From Tubiluchus corallicola (Eukaryota; Animalia; Priapulida), in contig JAQGDQ010002401.1 of assembly GCA_030141605.1 (NCBI GenBank), positions 1 through 19,859 on the forward strand: DNA of 19,859 bases, in the 5' to 3' direction. The notes under the pieces are model-generated. The model worked only from the letters and a program-made list of their open reading frames with translations. It made no database searches and was not told where the DNA came from. Shown here piece after piece: positions 1 through 8,104 of the stretch. Every line of letters begins with the position of its first letter. Within the stretch, counting starts at the first letter, position 1. The position numbers were made by a program, and so were the translations under genes.

Positions 1-168
1 CTTGATGATGATAAAATTTCAAGCTTGACCGCAGAACGGCTGGAGTCTCTGATACAGAATGCCTTGAAGTTCTCTGGCAATAACAAATCAAAAGCCGCAG
101 AACTCTTGGGCATAAGCCGAACCACCCTCTATAGACTACTAAACAGCAACAAAAAAACTGATAGCTGA
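1..168 (+). CDS. C-terminal Fis-type helix-turn-helix of a transcriptional regulator, probably a sigma-54-dependent activator (partial, 5' end outside window)
   Basis: Frame 1 reads LDDDKISSLTAERLESLIQNALKFSGNNKSKAAELLGISRTTLYRLLNSNKKTDS*. AL..(S)GN(N)KSKAAELLGISRTTLYR is the canonical Fis-type HTH of NtrC-family activators. Confidence 0.85.
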   Translation, partial: LDDDKISSLTAERLESLIQNALKFSGNNKSKAAELLGISRTTLYRLLNSNKKTDS

Positions 169-334
169 GACAAATACACCAACTCCCCCTTGACAACCTC
201 GATACAGTTCATCCAACAAACTATGTAATTATGCATGTTGCAAAGATAAGCATACCGCGACAACACTGCCCGATATTCTCGCAATCGTCAGTTATAATGA
301 GAACTCCACTCCTTCCCGGTAACTCTTTAGGAAG

Positions 335-373
335 CTTACCCTCAAAATCTGCAGGGCATGATCTTGAGTTAAG
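335..373 (-). terminator. Long imperfect stem-loop just 3' of dctM (terminator or 3' stabiliser)
   Basis: On the minus strand CTTAACTCAAGATCATGC-CCT-GCAGATTTTGAGGGTAAG can pair with one G-U and two bulges. It begins about 16 nt after the dctM stop. No strong U-tract follows. Confidence 0.4.
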
Positions 374-388
374 TGGACAAGTACGGCT

Positions 389-1695
389 TCAAAAAAGGTC
401 CGGCTTGATCAGCCTAGGCAGCCACAAGGTGAGACCGGGAAATAACACAACTAGGACCAGTATTCCGAACATAACTGTCAGGAATATGCCGATCTCTTTG
501 ATCGGTTTCATACAGTTTATCCCCGCTATCTCACTAGAAATAAGCAGACATAGACCATAGGGCGGCGTAATCAACCCAAACGCGAGGGATATGCACCCCA
601 CAATGGCAAAATGCATAGGATTTATCCCGACGCTATCAGCCAAAGGCTTTAGCAAGGGGGCAAGTATCACGATGGCGGGCACAGCATCCATAACCATACC
701 GACAATGAGGAATATGATAACAAATATAAACATCATAATCACAGGAGATGACGTCCATGTGCCAACGGTCTCCACAAGGTAAGCCGGTATCTTGTAATAT
801 GCCAACACCCAAGCGTAAATGGATGCCGTACCCACAGCAAAAGGACTATAGTAGACAACTTTGCAGTTCTGAGCACCTCTGCCGGAAGTTGTCTTAACTT
901 GATGCTTTTGTATACAAAATACCCCAAAATAAATGCGTATATTACGGCGATAAGGGATGCTTCCGTAGGCGTCACAATTCCTTTAACTATTCCTCCGACG
1001 ATTATAATGGGAGTAAATATGGCAAGAATAGATTCTTTAGTATTCTTAATGAGCATTTGAGAAGAAAATGATGACATCCTGGGATAATTTCTGCGCGTGG
1101 CAAAGATGTAAACCAAAAGCATTTGCCCAAGTCCAATCATGATCCCCGGTACTACACCTGACAGGAACAGACCGGACACAGAAACATTTAACACACCTCC
1201 CCAAACAATCATGATGATGCTAGGAGGTATGACCACACCCATAACGGCAGAGCAAGCTGTCAAAGCCACCGCAAAGTTTTTGTCATAACCCTCCTTAATC
1301 ATGGCGGGAATAAGCACGGAACCAATACCAGCCGCATCGGCATTTGATGAACCGGATATTCCTGCAAAAAGCATACTTACAAAAACATTAACATGCCCCA
1401 ACCCGCCTCTAAAGCAGCCAACTAATGATTGTGCAAATGTTATCAGCTTGTCGGTGATGCCAGCGCGATTCATGATGTTTGCAGCCAAAATGAAAAAAGG
1501 GATAGACAGCAATATAAATGAACCATACTGAACCATCATCCTATGCAAGAGCATAGTCGGCTCTATTCTATCCTCAAAGAACAATATAGGGATAACAGCA
1601 AATGCCAGAGCAAAGCTCACAGGCACCCTCAAAACAATTAATACAATAAGAGTCGCCAAGAGAACAACCCCTACAAGCAGCGGTGTCAAGGTCAC
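389..1695 (-). CDS. dctM: TRAP transporter large permease DctM, split by a 1-nt frameshift at about 839-842
   Basis: Motifs IPFFILAANIM, GGLGHVNV..SMLFAGISGSS.ADAA, IPPSI, TPTEAS, DAVPA and GLITPPYG are spread over ORFs 739..1701 and 389..835. Adding one T to the T4 run gives the continuous reading LSTIVLFAVGTASIYAW. The GTG start at 1695 overlaps the dctQ TGA (GTGA) and has a GGAGG SD upstream. Confidence 0.92.
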
Positions 1696-2204
1696 TGGCA
1701 ACCCTCCGTACGCTTTATTACAAAATCATTACAGATATTTGCCGTCAAAAATATGAAACAGCTAACACCACATGCAAGCACGGAAAAGTACAAAACGCCC
1801 ATATTAATCCCGAGAATCTCGCTAGCCTGTATCAATCCCCAATTCTTAAAGTAGATGAAACCATAAACGATAAAAACATACGTAACAGTGAACAGTACCG
1901 CATAGTAGACAAAATGGAGGGCTGCATTAAACCAACCCGGCAAAATTGCGGGGAGAAGATCCACATAAAAGTGTTTCTTCTCCCTAACCGCTATAGACGC
2001 TCCGAGCAAAATGAGCCACACAAGGCAAAAGTTTGACACCTCCAACGTCCACATAAATGGTGGAACAAATGCAGCATACCTACCAATAACCTGTATAAAA
2101 AGGTTAACAATAAGTACAAACAGAAGCACAGTCATCACAAATTGCACCAGTCTAGCGTAAATGTCCGCAAACTTAGCATATCTCTTCACAAACAGTAACA
2201 ACAC
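1692..2204 (-). CDS. dctQ: TRAP transporter small permease DctQ
   Basis: About 4 TM segments, with QV..RY, WT.EVS..CLVWL..LGASIAVR..KHF.VD motifs. It lies between dctP and dctM. The GTG at 2204 is preceded by GGGAG. Confidence 0.9.
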   Translation of the reverse strand: MLLLFVKRYAKFADIYARLVQFVMTVLLFVLIVNLFIQVIGRYAAFVPPFMWTLEVSNFCLVWLILLGASIAVREKKHFYVDLLPAILPGWFNAALHFVYYAVLFTVTYVFIVYGFIYFKNWGLIQASEILGINMGVLYFSVLACGVSCFIFLTANICNDFVIKRTEGCQ

Positions 2205-2241
2205 AAAACACTCCCAAATTAGACCCAATACCTACCCACCT

Positions 2242-2276
2242 ATCCACAAACAGAAGCGCAAGCATCCACAAACAGA
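2242..2276. repeat. 13-bp direct repeat ATCCACAAACAGA x2 (22-bp period) in the dctP-dctQ spacer
   Basis: Identical copies at 2242-2254 and 2264-2276. Confidence 0.6.
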
Positions 2277-2291
2277 CACTTACAACAAGCA

Positions 2292-3269
2292 CTACTCAAA
2301 TGTCTTAATTTGCTCTAAAATCTCAGAGGCACCGATGCTTTTTGCATAGCTCTCTATGATGGGCATGGCTTTTTCTCTCATCTCTGTGTTGTCATACTCT
2401 GTAACGGTAACGCCATAATTTTCTTCAAGGTCTTTTACGATCTCCTTCGCCTCAGAGGTTTCTATCTGCACATGATAAGCGGAAGCATCGCTTCCCGCTT
2501 TGATAACTGCCGATTGTAGTTCCTTCGGCAACCTTTTGAAAGACCTCTCACTAAAAACAAGCATCCTCGTCACCACCTGATGTTCACTCAATATGTAGTA
2601 GGGAGCAACTTCATAAAACTTCATGTTGTAATATCCACCAGGTTCATTTTCTAAACCATCCAAGACACCTGTATTGATCGCATTGTATACTTCCATAAAA
2701 TCAAGCGGAATAGCCTTAAAGCCAATACCAGTAAAAACCTTCTGATGAAGGGTGGAACCTTGTACACGAAGTTTTATCTTCCTAATATCATTTTCATTCT
2801 TGATGGGCTTGTTCAATATAATATTGCGGCTACTGCCTCCCCCATACCCTATTACACGCACACCCTTCTTCTTCGATTCTTCTGCAACGCTGTCAAATGC
2901 TCCGCCCTTTATACTCCTTTGCCAGTGCTCAACATCTTCAAACACAAAAGGAGCACTTATAATAGCAGCAGATTTAACCCAAGTGGTGATCCACTCAGGA
3001 GCAATAACGGCAAAGTCCACAGATATGCCCTGGATCATATATTCGTACATATCTTTTTCAGTACCTAAATCACCGTTATAATGTGTCCTGACATTCAGAT
3101 CCCCGTCATAATATTTTGAAACGAGCTCTGCAAACTTATCGATAGTCCGCCCATACTGGTGCTCTTTTGGCAACATAGTAGCACCAACCAGCGTATATGT
3201 TTTGGCAAATAACATCGGCGACAGGCACAACAACGACACAAAAGCAAGTAGAATAGATAGTCTCCTCAC
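2292..3269 (-). CDS. dctP: TRAP transporter substrate-binding protein DctP
   Basis: Signal peptide (RRLSILLAFVSLLCLSPMLFA) followed by G.LG.E, KLRVQ (conserved carboxylate-binding Arg), EVY.A..TGVLDGLEN and KFYEV..Y. The GTG at 3269 follows AGGAGG. Confidence 0.93.
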   Translation of the reverse strand: MRRLSILLAFVSLLCLSPMLFAKTYTLVGATMLPKEHQYGRTIDKFAELVSKYYDGDLNVRTHYNGDLGTEKDMYEYMIQGISVDFAVIAPEWITTWVKSAAIISAPFVFEDVEHWQRSIKGGAFDSVAEESKKKGVRVIGYGGGSSRNIILNKPIKNENDIRKIKLRVQGSTLHQKVFTGIGFKAIPLDFMEVYNAINTGVLDGLENEPGGYYNMKFYEVAPYYILSEHQVVTRMLVFSERSFKRLPKELQSAVIKAGSDASAYHVQIETSEAKEIVKDLEENYGVTVTEYDNTEMREKAMPIIESYAKSIGASEILEQIKTFE

Positions 3270-3297
3270 ACAACACCTCCTGTATAAAAAACAGAAC

Positions 3298-3326
3298 AAT
3301 ATATCATAAAACCTCACAGGTGTCAA
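3298..3326 (-). promoter_or_regulatory. Sigma-70-type promoter for dctPQM
   Basis: Minus strand TTGACA-17 nt-TATATT, with a TG extension (TGaTATATT), about 30 nt upstream of the dctP start. Confidence 0.7.
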
Positions 3327-3394
3327 GTCCATAAAATTTCTAGTAGTAGCTGCTGTTGAAGAAAATAAAGAGTTTGCATCTTGATCGCGTTTAT

Positions 3395-3408
3395 GTATTA
3401 TATAATAC
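3395..3408. promoter_or_regulatory. Perfect 14-bp palindrome GTATTATATAATAC (operator and/or back-to-back -10 elements)
   Basis: Self-complementary and contains TATAAT on both strands. It lies between the divergent dctP and tRNA-Arg genes. Confidence 0.45.
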
Positions 3409-3435
3409 GTTTTGTCTCGCTACTGAACAATCCAA

Positions 3436-3509
3436 GCCCCCGTAGCTCAGGAGGATAGAGCAGTGGATTCCTAATCCAAAGGTCGGACGTTCGAATCGTC
3501 TCGGGGGCG
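3436..3509 (+). tRNA. tRNA-Arg (anticodon CCT), CCA end not encoded
   Basis: Acceptor stem GCCCCCG/CGGGGGC, D-arm GCTC..GAGC, anticodon loop TTCCTAA, T-loop TTCGAAT, discriminator G3509. Confidence 0.96.
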
Positions 3510-3609
3510 TTTCCAGAATTGAAAGGAGCATTGAGTAAGGACGTAAACGCAAAAAGCAGGAGAGATGTGCAAATCATTTCGTACGCGATCAGAAATTGTA
3601 TCTGCTGTT

Positions 3610-4410
3610 TTATCTAAGGATGAGTCCACCATCGACCTCAATGGACTGCCCGGTGATAAATTTTGCATCATTTGATGCCAAGAAGGCGACCACGCCCGCA
3701 ATTTCCCAAGCTTGGGCGTTCCTTTTTAAGGCAGTGTCAGAGGCTCGCATCAGGAGCCATTCATCCCCTGTAACGTTGCAATCTCTTCCTCCTACGATAT
3801 CGGCCACTTTACGCCCCATGGGCGTTATGGTATTTCCGGGGCACACAGCGTTTGCAGTAATGCCGAACGCCCCGAGCTCCATGGCCACAGACCTCGTCAA
3901 TCCTATGACACCTGACTTAGATGCGGAGTATTCCGCATTGGCTGGCCAGCTGGTATGTCCTGCCATGGAAGAGATGTTTATAATACTGCCGCTTCTTCTA
4001 TCCATCATAATTCCAGACACCGCTTGATTATACAGAAAGACGCCTGTAAGATTGACATTTATCGTCCTTGTCCACTCTTCATAGGAGACATTGGGTAGCA
4101 TATCGCCGGAATATATTCCTGCAGCACAGACGAGTACATCTATTTTGCCAAATCTGCAGATAACGTCGGACACAACCGCGTCCGCCACACCATCCAGCGA
4201 AACATCGGCGTCGTAAGTCAGCGTTTTAACACCGTACTCCGTCTCACAAGTCAAGGCGGTCTTTTTATTTTCGCACACATTATTGTCGACACAGACGACA
4301 GAAGCCCCCTCACTGGCAAATCTGACGGCTGCAGCTTCCCCGATGCCCGTCGCTGAACCCGTGACCATAACCACAAAGTCGCCAAATCTGTTAAGACTGG
4401 TAAAACTCAT
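3610..4410 (-). CDS. Classical SDR family NAD(P)-dependent oxidoreductase
   Basis: TGSATGIG Rossmann motif, xAAG, VNLTG, INISS, YSASK catalytic motif, CPG, and C-terminal ITGQSIEVDGG. Confidence 0.92.
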   Translation of the reverse strand: MSFTSLNRFGDFVVMVTGSATGIGEAAAVRFASEGASVVCVDNNVCENKKTALTCETEYGVKTLTYDADVSLDGVADAVVSDVICRFGKIDVLVCAAGIYSGDMLPNVSYEEWTRTINVNLTGVFLYNQAVSGIMMDRRSGSIINISSMAGHTSWPANAEYSASKSGVIGLTRSVAMELGAFGITANAVCPGNTITPMGRKVADIVGGRDCNVTGDEWLLMRASDTALKRNAQAWEIAGVVAFLASNDAKFITGQSIEVDGGLILR

Positions 4411-4437
4411 AGATAAACAACTCCCACAAACGTATTT

Positions 4438-6018
4438 CTAATGCTTAGGCAAGGTCCCACTGGATTTAACACCTGCAAAATGCAGGATGAAGAACAGCAA
4501 ACCCATGCAAAGATAGGTGTACACATAAACGGGCTCAACCATGAAGCCGATATTGAAAGCATGAATCAGACCAAAAGCCGCAAACACAGCTCCTGCAAAG
4601 AAAGCATATCCAGCATACAGCCATCTGTTGTCCATAATATAGCACAATATGGTTCCGTATAAAACAGCAATAAACATAGAGCCCGTTCCCATGGCAAAAT
4701 ATCCACTACTGATCCCTTGTGCGGCAAGTTGTGTCGTTGTCACTTCAAGACTATTTATATCTCCTAGCTCGGAAATATCTATACCCTTTGTAGCAACAAG
4801 ATCGGACACAGCGGTGACGCCCGCCCTTGCGGCTGTATCTATTCTATCGCGGATCAACTCAAACACGGGTATGGCAAAAGCCAAAGATGCCGCAGCGTAA
4901 TGCCTTTTGTCGGTAATTTCAAAAGCCTGGGCAGCAGATATCAACGCGATAAACACGAGAAGGGGCAAAGCAGCTTCCATGGGTATAACACTTACGGCGA
5001 TAGCCGAAAGCCCGGTAATGCAAAGAACTAGGTGAACTACTCCGACAGCCAACGGATAGCTCGTTCCGGCACCAATCTTCTTCCAGCCAGGATGCCCCCA
5101 ATACAGAGCTACGGCAAAAGGATTGCCTAATAGTGAATTAAATATGTTTACCCCACCAACACCCATAATCATTAATCTTGGATTGTACTTATCCCCACAG
5201 GCTCTAGCCTGTTCACAGGCTTGAATGGATGTAATGACATCTCCAAAAGAGAAGGTTATAATGACGCCCAAAAATGGCAACGCCGCCTGGAAACAACCGT
5301 GAAGCAGTTCCAGATGAAAGAATGGTATATAAAAATCTACTTCATTGGCAGCTTCCGCAAGCTTTGCGGTTTCCATCACTCCAGTTGTCCACCCAATGAG
5401 AGTGCCTACCCCTACCACAATAATAGCTACGGGAACCTTTGAGGTGACTCCTCCCATGTAGAATAGGAACAGTATAAACATAGATGGGATCAAAATTGCA
5501 GGATTTGCAAATCCATTTCCCAACGGGCTCACAATAAGCCAAGCAAGAGCTCCCCCGGCTAAAGCGCCAAACAGAGCACCCTTAGGAATTACTCGGATCA
5601 CCCAAGGAGCCAGAAAACCACCGACTATGAATATAACTCCTCCAATTATATTTGCAGCTATACCCGCCTTCCAAGCGTGAATAATATCATTGCCGGATGC
5701 AAAATATGCAGGCAACATCACAGCAAAGAGATATATAAAAAATCTGCCGGCTCCCAGACCTCCCGGCATGGCGGTTACTTCGGAGTTGCCCGAGCTTTTG
5801 GCAAGACGTCTCGCTGCGATAGTGAGAAAAATTCCCCAAATAATGTCCGATAGACCAATAGCAGGTAAAATTTGACCGTAAAGGATATCATTCGGCATAT
5901 TCATCAGCCCGCCTAAAATAAAGACGCCAACTAAAATCTTTGTAAAGCTGTCAAAAAAAACACCTATGGACGCATCAAAATCACTCCTTTTCCACAAAGG
6001 GATCCTGAATTCATTCAT
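4438..6018 (-). CDS. Xanthine/uracil/vitamin C permease-like (NCS2/AzgA-type) membrane transporter
   Basis: 526 aa with 12 or more TM segments. Motifs VTAMP.G, IP..ALFGALAG.A, A...GD.Y, G.PF....Y.GHPGWK..GA...Y, IP..A..P.L.FI and FGLIHA are typical of this uncharacterised NCS2-like subfamily. Confidence 0.8.
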   Translation of the reverse strand: MNEFRIPLWKRSDFDASIGVFFDSFTKILVGVFILGGLMNMPNDILYGQILPAIGLSDIIWGIFLTIAARRLAKSSGNSEVTAMPGGLGAGRFFIYLFAVMLPAYFASGNDIIHAWKAGIAANIIGGVIFIVGGFLAPWVIRVIPKGALFGALAGGALAWLIVSPLGNGFANPAILIPSMFILFLFYMGGVTSKVPVAIIVVGVGTLIGWTTGVMETAKLAEAANEVDFYIPFFHLELLHGCFQAALPFLGVIITFSFGDVITSIQACEQARACGDKYNPRLMIMGVGGVNIFNSLLGNPFAVALYWGHPGWKKIGAGTSYPLAVGVVHLVLCITGLSAIAVSVIPMEAALPLLVFIALISAAQAFEITDKRHYAAASLAFAIPVFELIRDRIDTAARAGVTAVSDLVATKGIDISELGDINSLEVTTTQLAAQGISSGYFAMGTGSMFIAVLYGTILCYIMDNRWLYAGYAFFAGAVFAAFGLIHAFNIGFMVEPVYVYTYLCMGLLFFILHFAGVKSSGTLPKH

Positions 6019-6064
6019 ATCTTCCTCAAAATTTGTCGCTAATATAATTTACACTAAGAAATTG

Positions 6065-6082
6065 CTTTGATTATTATCAAAG
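6065..6082. promoter_or_regulatory. Perfect FNR/CRP-family box TTGAT-N4-ATCAA (extended CTTTGAT-tatt-ATCAAAG)
   Basis: Exact FNR consensus at 6067-6080, centred at 6073.5. TACACT at 6103-6108 lies where the -10 of a class II (-41.5) promoter facing rdhA is expected. Confidence 0.65.
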
Positions 6083-6249
6083 TGCGAGCAGCGCACGCAT
6101 TGTACACTATCTAGCACTACCAAGTTAAGATTATTTTTGTGTACACATAAGAATAGCTGTGCTATACGCTTGTATAGGCGCATTCGCCGAGTCGTTTTAC
6201 AGTTAACGTACACTGAGAATTCTACATTTTTACAAGGAGGGTACTACTT

Positions 6250-7668
6250 ATGAGTGGAGACGGTGTAAACAGAAGGGATTTTTTTAAATTAGCAGGGGCA
6301 GCGGCAGCTTCAGCTTCGATTGCATCAAGTGCCGGCATAGGATACCTTGCGGGGAGCAACCCATACTCACACACGGGTTGGGAAAACACTGAAAGGAATT
6401 CATACTTCGACAGAAAAAGGTTCGAAATTGATACGCCAAAATATAAGCAGCTATCCACCCCAAAGAGGGTCAGTTACCTTACCCACCGCTTCAGCAGAAG
6501 GGACAACTTTATCAAGCCTGGTTTCTTTGACAATAAAAGAGAATGGACTGACGAATTAGTTGAATGGTACGAAAGATTTCCAAAAGCTCTGGAGCTTGAC
6601 AGAGAGTACGTCTACAAAGTTTTACCGGAACTGAAAGAGACCTTGCGGCAAGTTGGCGAGAGGTACGCCTTACACAATGCTTTCTTTAACGCTTACCGAG
6701 CTTTACAAAAAGGGATAACTGTCAGCGATAAACCGGAAGTATACGACTGGGAAGGAGTTGATACTAAAAAGACATACGGCATCAGGGATGTTGCAGGTTT
6801 TACAGAAGTGATCAAGCAGGTAGGAAGAGTCTATGGAGCTACTGTGGTGCAGGTTGCAAAGCTCAACCCCATATGGGCATATGACAAGTCTACCGGCGGC
6901 AGAGGTTATAAAAGGGGAGAGCCCATAGATGTACCGGAGTGGTGGGAGTTTGCCATTGTATTGGGCGTTCCCCACGAATGGAATCAGATGCGGGCAAATC
7001 CCACTTTTGGACACAGCCAAGACGCATATAACGAAGCTAGCATCGCCGCTGCCAGGATGACTACATTTATCAAGTCCCTGGGCTATCCCGCAAGACCGCA
7101 CTCTCCTCATGCCGGATATGAGATCATAGTACCGCCCGTACTGGTGGATGCAGGAGTTGGTGAGCAGGGGCGTTTTGGTTTTGTGGTTACACCTGAAACC
7201 GGCGGAAACTTCCGCCCGGCCGTCGTAACTACAAATATTCCATTAATACCCGACAAGCCTGTAGATCTCGGAATAAAGGAATTTTGCCAATCGTGCAAAA
7301 TATGTGCTGAGACTTGTCCTTCTCAATCTATCTCCTACGATGATGTTGGCAATATCAGAGGCAGAGGATATGAAGGTTGGGAAATAGATATAGAGTCATG
7401 CCATAACTATTGGACATCTGTGCCCGGTTCTGGAAGTTGCAGAATATGCCTTGCGGTCTGTCCATTTAGCAAAAGGGCAAACTGGCTGCACACAACCGCA
7501 AGAGATGTTGCAGTGAGGGACAAAACTCACCTGAGCGCGCCAATACTGACAACGCTGGAACGGGTAGTATACGGACAACACGAGCCAGAGCACTTCCTAG
7601 GGCCAGATTGGGGAACATACAGGGAAAAACCGTGGTGGTTCGATGCCGAAAGGTTTCTCGACATATAA
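6250..7668 (+). CDS. rdhA: Reductive dehalogenase catalytic subunit (Tat-exported, cobamide and 2x[4Fe-4S])
   Basis: Twin-arginine signal NRRDFFK, AGVGEQGRFGFVVTPETG..FR..VVTT..PL.PDKP, FCQSCKICAETCP (CX2CX2CX3CP) and CHNYW..CRICLAVCP (CX12CX2CX3CP). Strong SD AAGGAGG. Confidence 0.93.
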   Translation: MSGDGVNRRDFFKLAGAAAASASIASSAGIGYLAGSNPYSHTGWENTERNSYFDRKRFEIDTPKYKQLSTPKRVSYLTHRFSRRDNFIKPGFFDNKREWTDELVEWYERFPKALELDREYVYKVLPELKETLRQVGERYALHNAFFNAYRALQKGITVSDKPEVYDWEGVDTKKTYGIRDVAGFTEVIKQVGRVYGATVVQVAKLNPIWAYDKSTGGRGYKRGEPIDVPEWWEFAIVLGVPHEWNQMRANPTFGHSQDAYNEASIAAARMTTFIKSLGYPARPHSPHAGYEIIVPPVLVDAGVGEQGRFGFVVTPETGGNFRPAVVTTNIPLIPDKPVDLGIKEFCQSCKICAETCPSQSISYDDVGNIRGRGYEGWEIDIESCHNYWTSVPGSGSCRICLAVCPFSKRANWLHTTARDVAVRDKTHLSAPILTTLERVVYGQHEPEHFLGPDWGTYREKPWWFDAERFLDI

Positions 7669-7745
7669 ACTGATCGGTAGGTTTGTTGACCGTCAAGACC
7701 TGTTGCATTGCAACCAATCATTGAAGAAAATTTAGAGGTAGCTTT

Positions 7746-7994
7746 ATGAATTTTTTATATCTAATACTAGGTGTATCAACACTCATTGCACTGTACTCCT
7801 TTGCAAAAATAAAGAAAGTCAAACCGTTGTACTGGGCTATGATCGTCCCATGGGTGCTGTTTGTGCTTGTTATAGTTATCTTCATCGGAACAGCCCTTGG
7901 AGAGAGTGAACCAAGGGCTGCCCTTGTGGGAGGAAGCGTTCTCTTGGTGGGGGCTGCAGTCTCCGGTGCAGGCATTTGGAGAGTCATAAAATAG
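7746..7994 (+). CDS. rdhB: Reductive dehalogenase membrane anchor protein
   Basis: 82 aa, 3 TM segments, with the LGESEPRAA loop (E.EPxAA) characteristic of CprB/RdhB anchors. It directly follows rdhA, with a GAGGT SD. Confidence 0.88.
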   Translation: MNFLYLILGVSTLIALYSFAKIKKVKPLYWAMIVPWVLFVLVIVIFIGTALGESEPRAALVGGSVLLVGAAVSGAGIWRVIK

Positions 7995-8010
7995 GGGGAA
8001 AGCCCCCTAT
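7991..8010 (+). terminator. GC-rich hairpin at the rdhB stop (terminator or transcript boundary)
   Basis: ATAGGGGG-AAAG-CCCCCTAT forms a perfect 8-bp stem with only a short U-tract after it. Confidence 0.55.
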
Positions 8011-8067
8011 TCATATCCTGCTACAGTTTGCGGTATTGAGCTATTGGGCTGGCTTGTCTCGGAACTG

Positions 8068-8097
8068 TTGACATTTCCAGGCTGTGTAGTATAGACT
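8068..8097 (+). promoter_or_regulatory. Internal sigma-70-type promoter for rdhC, probably leaderless
   Basis: TTGACA (8068-8073), 18 nt, then TAGACT (8092-8097). The ATG at 8105 follows after a 7-nt gap and has no SD. Confidence 0.55.
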
Positions 8098-8104
8098 TGT
8101 TCTC

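Noticed and set aside
190-305. TTGACA, TATAAT and a Fur-like ATAATGAGAA in the convergent intergenic region
   Set aside because: The hexamers are about 95 bp apart, the Fur-like site has only one good half, and no gene start follows.
231-560. 109-aa plus-strand ORF and other short antisense ORFs in the track
   Set aside because: They overlap well-supported genes on the opposite strand or frame and have no recognisable motifs.
6019-6249. Cobalamin riboswitch upstream of rdhA
   Set aside because: I could not find the conserved B12-box core elements. An Rfam/Infernal scan would be decisive.
6250-7668. Epoxyqueuosine reductase QueG
   Set aside because: The Tat signal, 472-aa length, RdhA-type cysteine spacing and adjacent rdhB/rdhC favour a reductive dehalogenase.
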